A stretch of 64,000 nt of DNA from Escherichia coli (GTDB taxonomy: Bacteria; Pseudomonadota; Gammaproteobacteria; Enterobacterales; Enterobacteriaceae), in the NCBI GenBank assembly GCA_002099625.1, contig GCA_002099625.1_4857.1, one strand, 5' to 3'. Both the position numbers and the translations under genes were made by a program. Positions 54,831 to 64,000 of this stretch are shown here, piece after piece. The notes beneath the pieces were generated by a model, which saw nothing but the letters and a program-made list of their open reading frames with translations, had not been told where the DNA came from and did no database searches. The first letter of the stretch is position 1. Each line of letters begins with the position of its first letter.

Positions 54831-55628
54831 TTACATCAAATCCAGGCTCTGAGAGACCGCAACTTCCGGTTCACTGATGCCGCTGGTCACTGACAATGTA
54901 AAGCGACGATCGTTAATCACTTCAACTGCCTCGCTCGCACGCAGTGAATACTTATCGGCGATTGGCAGTACACTGTTATCGTTCTGTGGCGGCAGAATCT
55001 GTGCCGGGAACGGAATGTACGAGTTGAAAGTGATATACGGACCGACTTGCATCATCGGGAACACTTCGTTCACGTTATTCGACATCCCTTCATCCGAAGA
55101 GATAACGGAGTGACGCAGACAGGCACGCAAGCCAACGGTGTACTCCGGATCGCGCGATTCGCCGATCAGTGCGAAACGGAACACGTTGAAATCGTAGTCG
55201 TCTGCAGCGAAGTGTTCTGGCAGGATACGCTGTACGTATTCAGGGTAAGTGGTCACGTCACCCGGAATAACATTCACGGCGAGTTTCTGTGCCAGGAAAT
55301 ACGCATTCGCGAAACCGTACTGCCCCGCCAGCGCAGCTGATATCGGTGCAGTGGTTACGCAGTGCAGGAACAAGTGATAACCCAGCCCGCCTTTATCTTC
55401 GATTGCCAGGTCCTTCTTACTCTGCACACCGTCAGCAGTATAAATAACTGCCACTGTTTTATCCAACGTTGATGCCATGACAAAATCCAACTGCACCTCA
55501 CCGCTTTGCGGCAGTACCTTAACCAGGCGATCCCAGAGCTTGGTCGGTTTGGTGAAGTTAGCGGCTTCGTACGCATCAATGTCGAGAACAGTTTGGCCGG
55601 TCATGCGAAAGGTGTGAATCGCTTTCAT
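54831..55628 (-). CDS. hypothetical protein, possible virion protein
   Basis: 265-aa ORF. Confidence 0.55.
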   Translation of the reverse strand: MKAIHTFRMTGQTVLDIDAYEAANFTKPTKLWDRLVKVLPQSGEVQLDFVMASTLDKTVAVIYTADGVQSKKDLAIEDKGGLGYHLFLHCVTTAPISAALAGQYGFANAYFLAQKLAVNVIPGDVTTYPEYVQRILPEHFAADDYDFNVFRFALIGESRDPEYTVGLRACLRHSVISSDEGMSNNVNEVFPMMQVGPYITFNSYIPFPAQILPPQNDNSVLPIADKYSLRASEAVEVINDRRFTLSVTSGISEPEVAVSQSLDLM

Positions 55629-55671
55629 TGCAATATTTTCCTTAAGGTTACTTACGGGTCATACTAGATGA

Positions 55672-56985
55672 CTAAGCTGTAAATTTTTCATCTTTGAGCC
55701 AAAGACTCAGTTGTGATTGGGTGTTATAGCGTCCTGATGCCATCGTTTGACCGTCGACAGCAGACTGGAACACTTCACCCACCAACGTGCCGTAGCGGGT
55801 ATAGACCCCATACTCGTTGGCAAAAACGTATTTTACTGGCATACCGGGATATAGGATGCCGTGCGTTGATCGGTTCCAGGTTGTTTGCACAATCGTACCC
55901 AGACCCATCTCCAGTTTAGACCGCTGTGGTTTATCGGTATCGCTAAAGTGCTTATCAGGATCGATTGGTGCGTTAACCACACCACCTGGATACGCAGCAG
56001 GGTCGGCCTGTGCCACAAATTTATCAGGTGTGGTCATACTGATGTCGCCAGGCGTAAATGAACTACTACGCCCATCCAACACACGTACAGACCCTACCCG
56101 GTAACCCGTACCCTGGTTAAGCGCGGCCTGGTCACGGTATTCCAAACTACTGGTGTCGCCGCCACAAATCAGATAGATAACATTACCCGCGATATCGGTG
56201 GTGCGGTCAATGTGAGCAGCCTGTTCACGAGGCAAGTTATAAATGACCAGTTTAGGCTTCGTTGTGTTATTAAACTTCAACGAGTCCCAAGGTCGATACA
56301 GATACCATCGTTGTAGGTATTGGAAGACCCCAATACCTTTGCTGTAAACACCGTAATGGTTCTGCAGATAATCAAACACGCTTAAGAAGTCTTCGGAGTC
56401 TGGTATAACGATGTCCCGATATGCCTGCTGTTCTTCTTCATCGTATTCAATCCCTTTCAACTGCCCCTCTGCAGCCACCCCTTCCGGCAACGTATCCGCC
56501 AATATCGAGCGAGCCACTGTTAACCCATCTGTTTCGTGGTAGATGCCGCCCACTTGACGATTACGCAGGAACCACATCGACTCATCCATCAGCTCCAATG
56601 TTACCAATGCGATAGATTTCTCATCAGACTGACTCAAGAACATCGTCGGTGATTCCGCGTTGTGGTCGCGGTTATTTATCACGATGCCGCGGTAGTTAAA
56701 GACCCCTGCGATTTTCTGTCCACGACGCAGTAACAGCTTTACCTTCAAATCCCCTTCTGCGGACGATGTGATCATTCGCATGTGGCTGTAGGGGATAGCC
56801 AAGGTGAGATGTGTCAATAAACAGATATCACGCGTAAAGTGACCGGTGTGAATGATAGACAGCATCTTCAACACCGTCACTGGGGCACCGTGCACCGTGA
56901 GGAATATCCCGTAGTCGATAGCCGGTAACCCCCGAGCATTAGCGATGTGACCGTTCGCCATCTGTTGTAACCGACCAAACGACAT
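55672..56985 (-). CDS. hypothetical protein, possible virion protein
   Basis: 437-aa ORF. Confidence 0.55.
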   Translation of the reverse strand: MSFGRLQQMANGHIANARGLPAIDYGIFLTVHGAPVTVLKMLSIIHTGHFTRDICLLTHLTLAIPYSHMRMITSSAEGDLKVKLLLRRGQKIAGVFNYRGIVINNRDHNAESPTMFLSQSDEKSIALVTLELMDESMWFLRNRQVGGIYHETDGLTVARSILADTLPEGVAAEGQLKGIEYDEEEQQAYRDIVIPDSEDFLSVFDYLQNHYGVYSKGIGVFQYLQRWYLYRPWDSLKFNNTTKPKLVIYNLPREQAAHIDRTTDIAGNVIYLICGGDTSSLEYRDQAALNQGTGYRVGSVRVLDGRSSSFTPGDISMTTPDKFVAQADPAAYPGGVVNAPIDPDKHFSDTDKPQRSKLEMGLGTIVQTTWNRSTHGILYPGMPVKYVFANEYGVYTRYGTLVGEVFQSAVDGQTMASGRYNTQSQLSLWLKDEKFTA

Positions 56986-57524
56986 TAGCGACCTCCTCGG
57001 GCTCTATAAGCGTACTCAATACGTTTCATAATCGTATCATTAAAACGGTGGAGTTTAGACTCCAGGCGGACCTGTCCAAATAACGACTGAACACAGTCCG
57101 CCATCGTTGCGGTGGGTTTCTTGAAATACCCGTAGCGGTTAGCCACAGGAAACAGTTTCGAAGCCAGCACATTGAACTGACGCAACCCTTCGATAGGGAC
57201 TTCCCGGTAAATCAGCGTCGGGTTCTCCAGATAGTTCAGCCAGTCCGCAAGGTGTTCCATAATCCACCCGTACACTTTAATCCCGTCATGCGGGTCGTGT
57301 ACATCCAACGCACCACCTGTCGCTAAATACTCGGCAGCTTCTGAGGGGTGCAGATAGATAGGCTTCATGTTCAGTAACAACGCTTGTCGTTTCTTCGGGT
57401 CTTCTGGCAAGAACAATCCGTGTTCCTGACTGGCGTAGGTTGTGATGGTTGCGTATTCCGGTACCCGGAAGAACACCCACGCTTTAAACAGCATAAATGC
57501 TGCACTGCGCTTCTTCTCCGACAT
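56985..57524 (-). CDS. hypothetical protein
   Basis: 179-aa ORF; coupled starts and stops. Confidence 0.5.
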   Translation of the reverse strand: MSEKKRSAAFMLFKAWVFFRVPEYATITTYASQEHGLFLPEDPKKRQALLLNMKPIYLHPSEAAEYLATGGALDVHDPHDGIKVYGWIMEHLADWLNYLENPTLIYREVPIEGLRQFNVLASKLFPVANRYGYFKKPTATMADCVQSLFGQVRLESKLHRFNDTIMKRIEYAYRARGGR

Positions 57525-57526
57525 TA

Positions 57527-58882
57527 CTACCTCGCGTATTTCAAAATCACGTAGACCATCGGGACGTAATAGAACTGACTGTCCTTCGGTAAAGCCAGCA
57601 CCAATTCTGCTAAACGCGCAGCCACTTCACTAGGTACTGGTTGTTTGTTCAGATACAGGTACAAACAATGCTCCAGAACCGAGCTATACGAGCCGCTATA
57701 GAACGTTTCGCTTAACAGGTAGGGTTTATACGTCAACGGCAGAAAAGCCACCATATCCTCGCCTGCGTTGCCCTGATACTCAGGGAACATAACCGGTTCG
57801 AATGCTTCGAACTCTGGCCACTCCCCATCGTACGTTGCCAACTGACGAATCTGTGATGTAAAGTAACGCGTTGAACTGAACTGTGACCATGCGATGGTGT
57901 TGCGGGTCTGCATCGTTCTGAACGTGCGCGGGTTAACTGCGCTGCATTCTTTCTCGACGTAAGGTAGCAGTTCTGGCTGTTGATTTAACAACACCGTGAA
58001 CAGCGTTTCGATATCTTGCACGGGTTTCGGCGGGTGCGGGTAAATACGGATATCTTTACCAACGGTTCGAAGACCGATACCCTTCACAAACATCGCCAAG
58101 AAGACGTCGTAGTAGCCGCCTGCCTTTAACCCGTCGAGTTTCCAGTCGCGTGGATAAGCAAGGGTTTCTAAACTGGTATCGTAGAAGCGACGGACAAACG
58201 TCGTCTCAATGTCCTTAATGCGGTCTCCCAGCTCCAGGAACGTACGATATTCGTTGGGGGTCAGTAAGGTATCACCACCGGTCCACGCACGCTCACGGAC
58301 GTAATGGAGCGTTCTGACGGTACACAGACGAATCGTCTCTGCAATCTGCGGCGTAATCTCGTACAACATCGTGTAACGTATTTGATACGTTGCAATTTTG
58401 TTGTTCGACATTCGGGTAACGGTAGTGATGTTAAACAGTCCGTGTCGATGATCACCTATTGGGGCAACGAAGAAGTCTCCTTCATTCGGTGTAATCGATG
58501 CTACCAAGGTCGACGTCCCGGTCAGTTCGAAAGTCTTACGTTGTTCGTCCTGCGTACGGTCGAGCGGTGCGTTAACACGTAATGACAGATTAACAATCTT
58601 AAGCAGCTGTTGCGTAGGGCTGTCATTCTGAGTATCGAACATCGTCTTCGGATCGTTACGACCCGACAACGCGTGATAAAAATCAACCGGCCATTCAGAA
58701 CCTTCGTTGTATTGCAGGAGATACTGTTTCGGAATCCTGTCGAAGTCCGTTACCGTGGTGCGGGTTGGAATCGTTACCAAGTTGCTGGCTTCTTTCACCC
58801 CGTCCTGCGGTTTATTGATAATCGGAATTTCAGGTTCAACAGGAACGAATTTAGTATCACCCCTCTTGTTCGCCTTGAGCAT
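57527..58882 (-). CDS. hypothetical protein, possible virion protein
   Basis: 451-aa ORF. Confidence 0.55.
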   Translation of the reverse strand: MLKANKRGDTKFVPVEPEIPIINKPQDGVKEASNLVTIPTRTTVTDFDRIPKQYLLQYNEGSEWPVDFYHALSGRNDPKTMFDTQNDSPTQQLLKIVNLSLRVNAPLDRTQDEQRKTFELTGTSTLVASITPNEGDFFVAPIGDHRHGLFNITTVTRMSNNKIATYQIRYTMLYEITPQIAETIRLCTVRTLHYVRERAWTGGDTLLTPNEYRTFLELGDRIKDIETTFVRRFYDTSLETLAYPRDWKLDGLKAGGYYDVFLAMFVKGIGLRTVGKDIRIYPHPPKPVQDIETLFTVLLNQQPELLPYVEKECSAVNPRTFRTMQTRNTIAWSQFSSTRYFTSQIRQLATYDGEWPEFEAFEPVMFPEYQGNAGEDMVAFLPLTYKPYLLSETFYSGSYSSVLEHCLYLYLNKQPVPSEVAARLAELVLALPKDSQFYYVPMVYVILKYAR

Positions 58883-60359
58883 TATCGGCTCCTCTGATGG
58901 CTATAATCGTGGTATTAAATTGCGTCAACAGGACACGGCGATAGAACTTCGTGATTTCATCAATCACACTTGGTGGTAACACAGGTTTATCCCACCACCA
59001 ATCCGGGCAATCCCAATCTGGGAATAACCACTCAATAAGCACTTTTGCCGCTTTTGGATAAAGATGCAGTGGCCATAAGTCCAGATTACGCCAGTCGTGT
59101 ATTGCCGACTCTGTTAAGTAGTACGCTTTCTCGACATGAACTTCACGGTTACGTAGCGAGAAGACACCGTTTTCCCAATGGTAGAAACGTGGTTCAATGA
59201 TTTGACCGTTCTCGAACAACTCCATACGGATAATGCCCGTCTGACCTGTCGGGTCTATCGTGCGGCAGTGTTCAATATAAGGAACCACCTCAGCGTTCCA
59301 AACATACGGCAGGTCGTCAATGCTACAAACTTCAGGATCGGTCATGTTTTCTTCACCGAATGCTACATCGGTGCCGAACACATGCAGAAGCTTTGCTTTT
59401 AGCGGCGAGTGTGTACGTTCAAACTGTTCTGTCGGTGACAGCAGATACGGTAGGCGTAAGAACTGGCGAGATTCATTAATCCACCAAGTACCGTCAAGGT
59501 TCTTTTGCTGTTGGTGACGTTGCACGCCCTCTTCATTACTCACAAACGGTGGGTCTATCTCAGGCCACCATTCATCAGGCAACGGTGTCTGGTTGATGAT
59601 GTACGGGTAGGTAATCACCACCTCTTCGGGTCGCTGATATGAGAAGCGTATAACGAAGCTGGTCTCGTAATGGTTTTCGTCGTTATCCCAGGTAGGAGAG
59701 ATAACATCGTAAACCGTCTCGATACGGGTTGGTGCGTAGCGTACCGCTAAGACATTCTGACCACCGGCGACATTACCTGTGGTGAAAACGTCTGGTGTGA
59801 AGTGCGCCTTTAGATAATCTTTAAAGTCGTCGTACTTCGGCACACGTGTCCCTGCGGCGATATAGCATTCGTTCAATAGCTTAAGCGCGGGCTTTGGAAT
59901 CAGGTAGTACGCTTCGGATTCCGTCATGGTCGAATAGCGACCCATGTCGATAAGTGAATCCAGGCGGTTCGCCCAACGTAACAATTCGTCGCGTGATGGG
60001 CCGACACGCCGGAGCGTGATGGTCACGTTATACATTACGCGGACAGGAGCAGCGCGTACTTGGTCTTCGGGATTATGGAAGAATGGAATCTCTGCCGCTA
60101 ACCCAACTTGACGGTTAATGCGTGCGCGTTCATCACGTTCTTCTTCCACTTCGACGTAGACACGGTTCGGTGCTGAATAGTCCACCGGTGTCTCATCGCC
60201 GAGCGTAGAGCCTGGCTGATGGGCGGTGTTGAAGCTATCCGTGAAAACAACACTGGCACGTTCAATACCAGATTCGTTTAGCACACGTTCTACGACGCCG
60301 TCGACCACAGCTTTGCGCATGGTCTTGTCCAACGACGGAATTTCAAAATACTGTTGCAT
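58857..60359 (-). CDS. hypothetical protein, possible virion protein
   Basis: 500-aa ORF. Confidence 0.55.
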   Translation of the reverse strand: MQQYFEIPSLDKTMRKAVVDGVVERVLNESGIERASVVFTDSFNTAHQPGSTLGDETPVDYSAPNRVYVEVEEERDERARINRQVGLAAEIPFFHNPEDQVRAAPVRVMYNVTITLRRVGPSRDELLRWANRLDSLIDMGRYSTMTESEAYYLIPKPALKLLNECYIAAGTRVPKYDDFKDYLKAHFTPDVFTTGNVAGGQNVLAVRYAPTRIETVYDVISPTWDNDENHYETSFVIRFSYQRPEEVVITYPYIINQTPLPDEWWPEIDPPFVSNEEGVQRHQQQKNLDGTWWINESRQFLRLPYLLSPTEQFERTHSPLKAKLLHVFGTDVAFGEENMTDPEVCSIDDLPYVWNAEVVPYIEHCRTIDPTGQTGIIRMELFENGQIIEPRFYHWENGVFSLRNREVHVEKAYYLTESAIHDWRNLDLWPLHLYPKAAKVLIEWLFPDWDCPDWWWDKPVLPPSVIDEITKFYRRVLLTQFNTTIIAIRGADNAQGEQEG

Positions 60360-60396
60360 TAGCTGTCCCTCGTTGTAGTCATATCACTGGCCTAAA

Positions 60397-60430
60397 ACGC
60401 AAAAAAAAGAAAGGGAGCCGAAACTCCCTT
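60397..60430 (-). terminator. intrinsic terminator
   Basis: Stem gggag/ctccc with ccgaaa loop, A-run on plus strand; nested in a larger imperfect inverted repeat. Confidence 0.6.
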
Positions 60431-60436
60431 CGTGTT

Positions 60437-60766
60437 TTAGTGGGCCAGCCAAGCTAGCTGCCACTTCTTACATTTTATTCCGCTGTGTCCAACCGGATTG
60501 CGGATAATGTCCATCGTTTTCCCGACAACGAATTCAATCATCTTGTCTGATAGCATTTTACCCATCGCGATAGAGAGGGCCGTAACCTGATCAGGGTCAT
60601 CGATGTACGCATAGACCGGCTCATTACTGCCGAAGATAAGATAGAAGGAACCCTCGCAGGCCACGATTGAGGTCAGTGGCACGATGCACCCGGTATACAC
60701 TCTCGCCAGTTCAGCCGCTTTTGGGGTTACTTCCATTACGTAACCCTTAACAGATTTCTTTTCCAC
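60437..60766 (-). CDS. hypothetical protein
   Basis: 109-aa ORF. Confidence 0.5.
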   Translation of the reverse strand: MEKKSVKGYVMEVTPKAAELARVYTGCIVPLTSIVACEGSFYLIFGSNEPVYAYIDDPDQVTALSIAMGKMLSDKMIEFVVGKTMDIIRNPVGHSGIKCKKWQLAWLAH

Positions 60767-60767
60767 T

Positions 60768-61319
60768 TTAAACTCCAGCGATACGATTTAAAATTTGATA
60801 CGTCCAACGGTGCGTGTGTTTCTGGCCGTCGGGTAAATGGGTCATGGTGTAGTCGACTTGAAAAACATCTCTGTCGATTTCTGGGAAGAAAGCATCGGCA
60901 CCTTCAACAGCGATGTCAATACGCGATAGATAGATACGATCCACTCGAGCGAGGGTTTGATGATAAATTGATGCGCCACCAATAATCATCACCTCTTGCT
61001 CTTTCCCGGTATCTTTCTCAATACGTTCCAGAGCTTTGATAGCTAAGTCAATACTCGTGTGATACGTCACCAAACGCATGTCCGTGTGTTCTTCCCGGCC
61101 ACTAATATAAGCTTCTGGGTTACGAGTAACGATTAAGTTACCGCGGTTAGGCAAAGGACGACAACCTAACGATTCCCAGGTCTTACTACCCATGATAACG
61201 TTCTTCCCTGTGGTAATTGCCTTAAAGTTAGCCAGGTCGGCAGGCAGACGCCACGGCAGTTCATTGTTTTTACCGATGGCATTGTTGCGGTCCATCGCGA
61301 CGATAATAGAGAGTTTCAC
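60768..61319 (-). CDS. dihydrofolate reductase
   Basis: Strong similarity to bacterial FolA signatures: IVAMDRNNAIGKNNELPW, LPADLANFK, VIMGSKTWESLG, MIIGGASIY; 183 aa. Confidence 0.85.
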   Translation of the reverse strand: MKLSIIVAMDRNNAIGKNNELPWRLPADLANFKAITTGKNVIMGSKTWESLGCRPLPNRGNLIVTRNPEAYISGREEHTDMRLVTYHTSIDLAIKALERIEKDTGKEQEVMIIGGASIYHQTLARVDRIYLSRIDIAVEGADAFFPEIDRDVFQVDYTMTHLPDGQKHTHRWTYQILNRIAGV

Positions 61320-61687
61320 GGTTTGCTCCTACGGGCTTTAGATAATTCTTTCATTGCGTGGCGTAAATGGCGACTAAATTCAAGACGGCTATACGAGAAT
61401 GTCACCGGATAGTCCAGAATCACCGACAGTGATACCGTTCTGGCATCCACATCGACCAACAGACTGTTCGTACAGCAACCTGCAAACATCCCACCACCAA
61501 CCAACGGCCTCTTAAGCCTAATAGTTAGCGTGCCAAGCCATTCCCTGTCGCCGAGCAGCAACAAGGCCTCTGCCAGGTCTTCTTCAACTATCGCTAGACA
61601 GTATTCGTCATCTCGTACACGGAGGCGAATCTGCGGTTCTACGTTTGCGGTTTCTGGCATCATCTCAAATTTAAATTTATCGGTCAT
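61316..61687 (-). CDS. hypothetical protein
   Basis: 123-aa ORF; 4-nt overlap with DHFR start. Confidence 0.5.
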   Translation of the reverse strand: MTDKFKFEMMPETANVEPQIRLRVRDDEYCLAIVEEDLAEALLLLGDREWLGTLTIRLKRPLVGGGMFAGCCTNSLLVDVDARTVSLSVILDYPVTFSYSRLEFSRHLRHAMKELSKARRSKP

Positions 61688-61696
61688 CTCACAATC

Positions 61697-61729
61697 CCAA
61701 AAAAGAAGGTGGCTTGTTAGGCCACCTTA
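61697..61729 (-). terminator. intrinsic terminator
   Basis: Stem aaggtggc/gccacctt; A-run on plus strand. Confidence 0.7.
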
Positions 61730-61734
61730 TTAAA

Positions 61735-62280
61735 TCATTGAACCATACGCTGCGCGTCGTAAGACGGTGCGAGGTTCACAACACGACCATGTAGAGTTTG
61801 CTCTGCTTCGTCTAACAGGTCATCGCGTACGAGCGTCTGGCGAATGTAAAGCGTTGCCCGTATCCCCTCAGCGCTGTAAGGCGCGGTGACCATTTTGGTC
61901 TGGTAACCTTCAATCGTCACCGGAACACGCTCGCCATTACGACGAACAAAATGCTCCAGCTTACCGTAATCGTGACTGCAGACTTTAGACATGTCAGACA
62001 ATCCCGCATCGATTAAGTATTTCCAAAGACTGACGATGCCTTCTGAGCAATGTTTGTTAAGTTCACCTTCGACGACAAACTCGTACCCACCGTACGTTAG
62101 AATGTGCGTGCCTGCTGAACGACGGTCACATTCTAAAATGAACACGCCCAGACCAATCATAACCGGACGTGGGATTGTCATGACACTGGTACTAAATTGC
62201 AGCGTAGTAACCTCATCCCAAAGGGGCGATGATTTGTCGTTGCTTACACTAATAACATCTTTGAGATTGACACGTTTCAT
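61735..62280 (-). CDS. hypothetical protein
   Basis: 181-aa ORF; conserved leader TAATCGACCATTA and SD AAGGAG upstream. Confidence 0.55.
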   Translation of the reverse strand: MKRVNLKDVISVSNDKSSPLWDEVTTLQFSTSVMTIPRPVMIGLGVFILECDRRSAGTHILTYGGYEFVVEGELNKHCSEGIVSLWKYLIDAGLSDMSKVCSHDYGKLEHFVRRNGERVPVTIEGYQTKMVTAPYSAEGIRATLYIRQTLVRDDLLDEAEQTLHGRVVNLAPSYDAQRMVQ

Positions 62281-62317
62281 TATAAATACTCCTTACGATT
62301 AATGGTCGATTACATAC

Positions 62318-62346
62318 GGTTTCAGGCTAACGTAATATTTACGCTG
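62318..62346 (-). promoter_or_regulatory. class A-like promoter variant
   Basis: Minus-strand CAGCGTAAATATTACGTTAGCCTGAAACC; overlaps the 3' end of 62339..63100. Confidence 0.4.
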
Positions 62347-63100
62347 CTGGTTCTTCAGCGGTTTTCACTTCAACTGGTTTCATCAACGAGTTCGCACAGT
62401 CGAAGATAGCATCCAGGAAACCACGGAACGGCTTCATGGCTTCACGCTGGGCGTTCTGACGTTCTTCTTCAATTGCTTCTTCTTGCGCCTGAATTTCTTC
62501 AGCAGTCAGCTCTGGGTGTTCCGTCATGCTTTCTGCCAGGGTCATCACTTTCGGCTGCGCATTCAGAATCGGAATACGGCGGATGACCTTGGTGATATTC
62601 CCGAGCTTCATGCCACCCAGCATGGTATCGAACAGCGTACCGAAATCTTGCAGTGGGTCTTCGCTGATTTCCAGTACCGCCGGAGTCGCAACCAGACCAA
62701 AGGCAATGACCAATTCAACGGCAGTGTCAGTGACGTGCGCAGCGAACGGGGTGTCTTCCATCTGCAGGTAATTGTTGCCATTATAGGTCACCGGAATGAA
62801 TTTGATTTCTTCCCCTTTCTTCAGTCGCAGTGTATCGACTGCGGCTTTGTACTGAACTTCGTACAGTTCCGGTTTAACACCGTCAACGTTATCCAGTGTA
62901 AAGAGCAGGTCACCAACCGCCATACGGCGCGGCAGTTTGCGTTTGTTGATTTCGCGCAGCCAGACTTGTAAGCCGGTGAATTGAATTGGGGACAGTCTAA
63001 TTTTAAAGCCGTTGGTTGCTTGCAGGATAGCACCGTCGTCTTCGCTACGTTCGATAGAGCCATTAGCCAGAGTAAGCAGATTGATAGTTTTCATTTTCAT
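62339..63100 (-). CDS. hypothetical protein
   Basis: 253-aa ORF, acidic C-terminus; first gene after class A promoter. Confidence 0.55.
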   Translation of the reverse strand: MKMKTINLLTLANGSIERSEDDGAILQATNGFKIRLSPIQFTGLQVWLREINKRKLPRRMAVGDLLFTLDNVDGVKPELYEVQYKAAVDTLRLKKGEEIKFIPVTYNGNNYLQMEDTPFAAHVTDTAVELVIAFGLVATPAVLEISEDPLQDFGTLFDTMLGGMKLGNITKVIRRIPILNAQPKVMTLAESMTEHPELTAEEIQAQEEAIEEERQNAQREAMKPFRGFLDAIFDCANSLMKPVEVKTAEEPAA

Positions 63101-63145
63101 ATTCCTTAAGTAATGGTCAGTTAGTAAAGCAAATCATTGTTTGCT

Positions 63146-63169
63146 CACCTAGGTAATATATATCTGAAA
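63146..63169 (-). promoter_or_regulatory. class A phage promoter-like motif
   Basis: Minus-strand TTTCAGATATATATTACCTAGGTG followed by hairpin GAGCAAA/TTTGCT. Confidence 0.6.
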
Positions 63170-63185
63170 ATTATTGTAATCGGAG

Positions 63186-63229
63186 ACAAAAAAAGAAGAG
63201 GTAAATCCCCCACCGAAGTGGGGGATTCG
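63186..63229 (-). terminator. intrinsic terminator
   Basis: Stem aatccccca/tgggggatt with ccgaag loop; T-run on minus strand. Confidence 0.75.
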
Positions 63230-63238
63230 CCAGTCTAA

Positions 63239-64000
63239 TTACTTAGACTTTTCATACGCACCGATACCAGCGCTGATGTAGCCGTTAACGCCGGCGATCA
63301 GGTTTTTCTGGCCAGTTGCAACGCAACGTTCGGTCCAGGAGATGTACTGGTTCGCAACGGTGATTGCACGACGCGCAACACGGACGTTGGAAGTCAGTTC
63401 AGCATTGTCATCGATCTTCACGCCGTCGATACGTTTCAGCAGCGCCTCAATAGCCCGCTCGTACGATTCTTGAGCCTGGTTATTTTTGTGGTACGCTTTC
63501 ACGTTCTCTTCGACTGCTTTACCCAGCTGGTTGAAGAACGCAACCAGAGAAGACAGCGTCTGAGCAGACGGAGTAGAAACAGATTTTTCTACGCTGCCTT
63601 CAGCATCGATAACGGTGAAGGAAGCTTCCAGGTCATCCCCGTTCACTTTCACGTCAGCTTTACCGATCTGGTTACCCAGCAGTTGAACTTCGCCCGCTTT
63701 GCCTGCAGTGGCTTTGTTAACCGCTGCTGCGAAGCCGCTGTTCAGTTTGCCGCCTTCAACTGCGCTGACCATGCTGGTTGCAGCTTTGACCACTGCATCC
63801 TGCTCGCCGTAGATGCTGCCGATAGTAGACAGAACACCTTTCAGTGCATTGATGTCGTCACCAACAAACTTACCACCGGTGGTCAGGTTCTTAATGAACC
63901 CACCGCTAATGGTGTCTTTCTTCTGCTTGCCCAGGCCACGCAGAGCCGCGTCATATTTCTTAGCGCGCGCCTGAATGGATTTACCCTGGTTGCTGAACTT
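63239..64000 (-). CDS. abundant-looking protein, 5' end beyond window edge
   Basis: Minus frame open from 64000 down to stop at 63239; the ORF track start at 63793 is only the first in-window GTG; biased codon usage and strong terminator. Confidence 0.55.
   Translation of the reverse strand, partial: KFSNQGKSIQARAKKYDAALRGLGKQKKDTISGGFIKNLTTGGKFVGDDINALKGVLSTIGSIYGEQDAVVKAATSMVSAVEGGKLNSGFAAAVNKATAGKAGEVQLLGNQIGKADVKVNGDDLEASFTVIDAEGSVEKSVSTPSAQTLSSLVAFFNQLGKAVEENVKAYHKNNQAQESYERAIEALLKRIDGVKIDDNAELTSNVRVARRAITVANQYISWTERCVATGQKNLIAGVNGYISAGIGAYEKSK

Noticed and set aside
2806-63169. Possible CRISPR array suggested by the repeated 24-nt motif
   Set aside because: Copies are kilobases apart, each upstream of a gene start and next to a terminator; there are no regularly spaced repeat-spacer units and no cas genes, so these are promoters.
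1-64000. tRNA genes, integrase/attachment site, transposase or insertion sequence
   Set aside because: No tRNA-like sequence was seen in the short intergenic regions and no ORF shows recombinase or transposase motifs; the region reads as contiguous lytic-phage DNA.

Overview
This window looks like part of a large virulent dsDNA phage of an enterobacterial host; the phiKZ/SPN3US-like jumbo assignment is a low-confidence guess from gene sizes and composition, not from a search. About 88 protein genes are packed almost entirely on the minus strand, with only two plus-strand genes (38756..41500 and 50521..52083), each head-to-head with a minus gene. Confidently recognised products are a Dam-type DNA adenine methylase, a bacterial-type dihydrofolate reductase, a thymidylate kinase, a RuvC-like resolvase, an HTH regulator and at least four GNAT acetyltransferases. 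Also present are a DUF488-like/PP-loop ATPase pair, a SLOG/DprA-like protein, two large glycosidase-like proteins and a virion-protein block. No tRNA, CRISPR array, integrase or transposase was found. The strongest non-coding signal is a conserved promoter-like motif in two subclasses at 11 sites, four of them followed by a covarying 5' hairpin and a conserved leader, plus more than 20 hairpin terminators. I could not pin down one novel system with certainty; the best candidates are the promoter/5'UTR RNA element, the tandem 48-aa micro-ORFs, the GNAT-rich accessory island and the DUF488/PP-loop pair. All functional calls rest on motifs read by eye and need HMM or structure confirmation.
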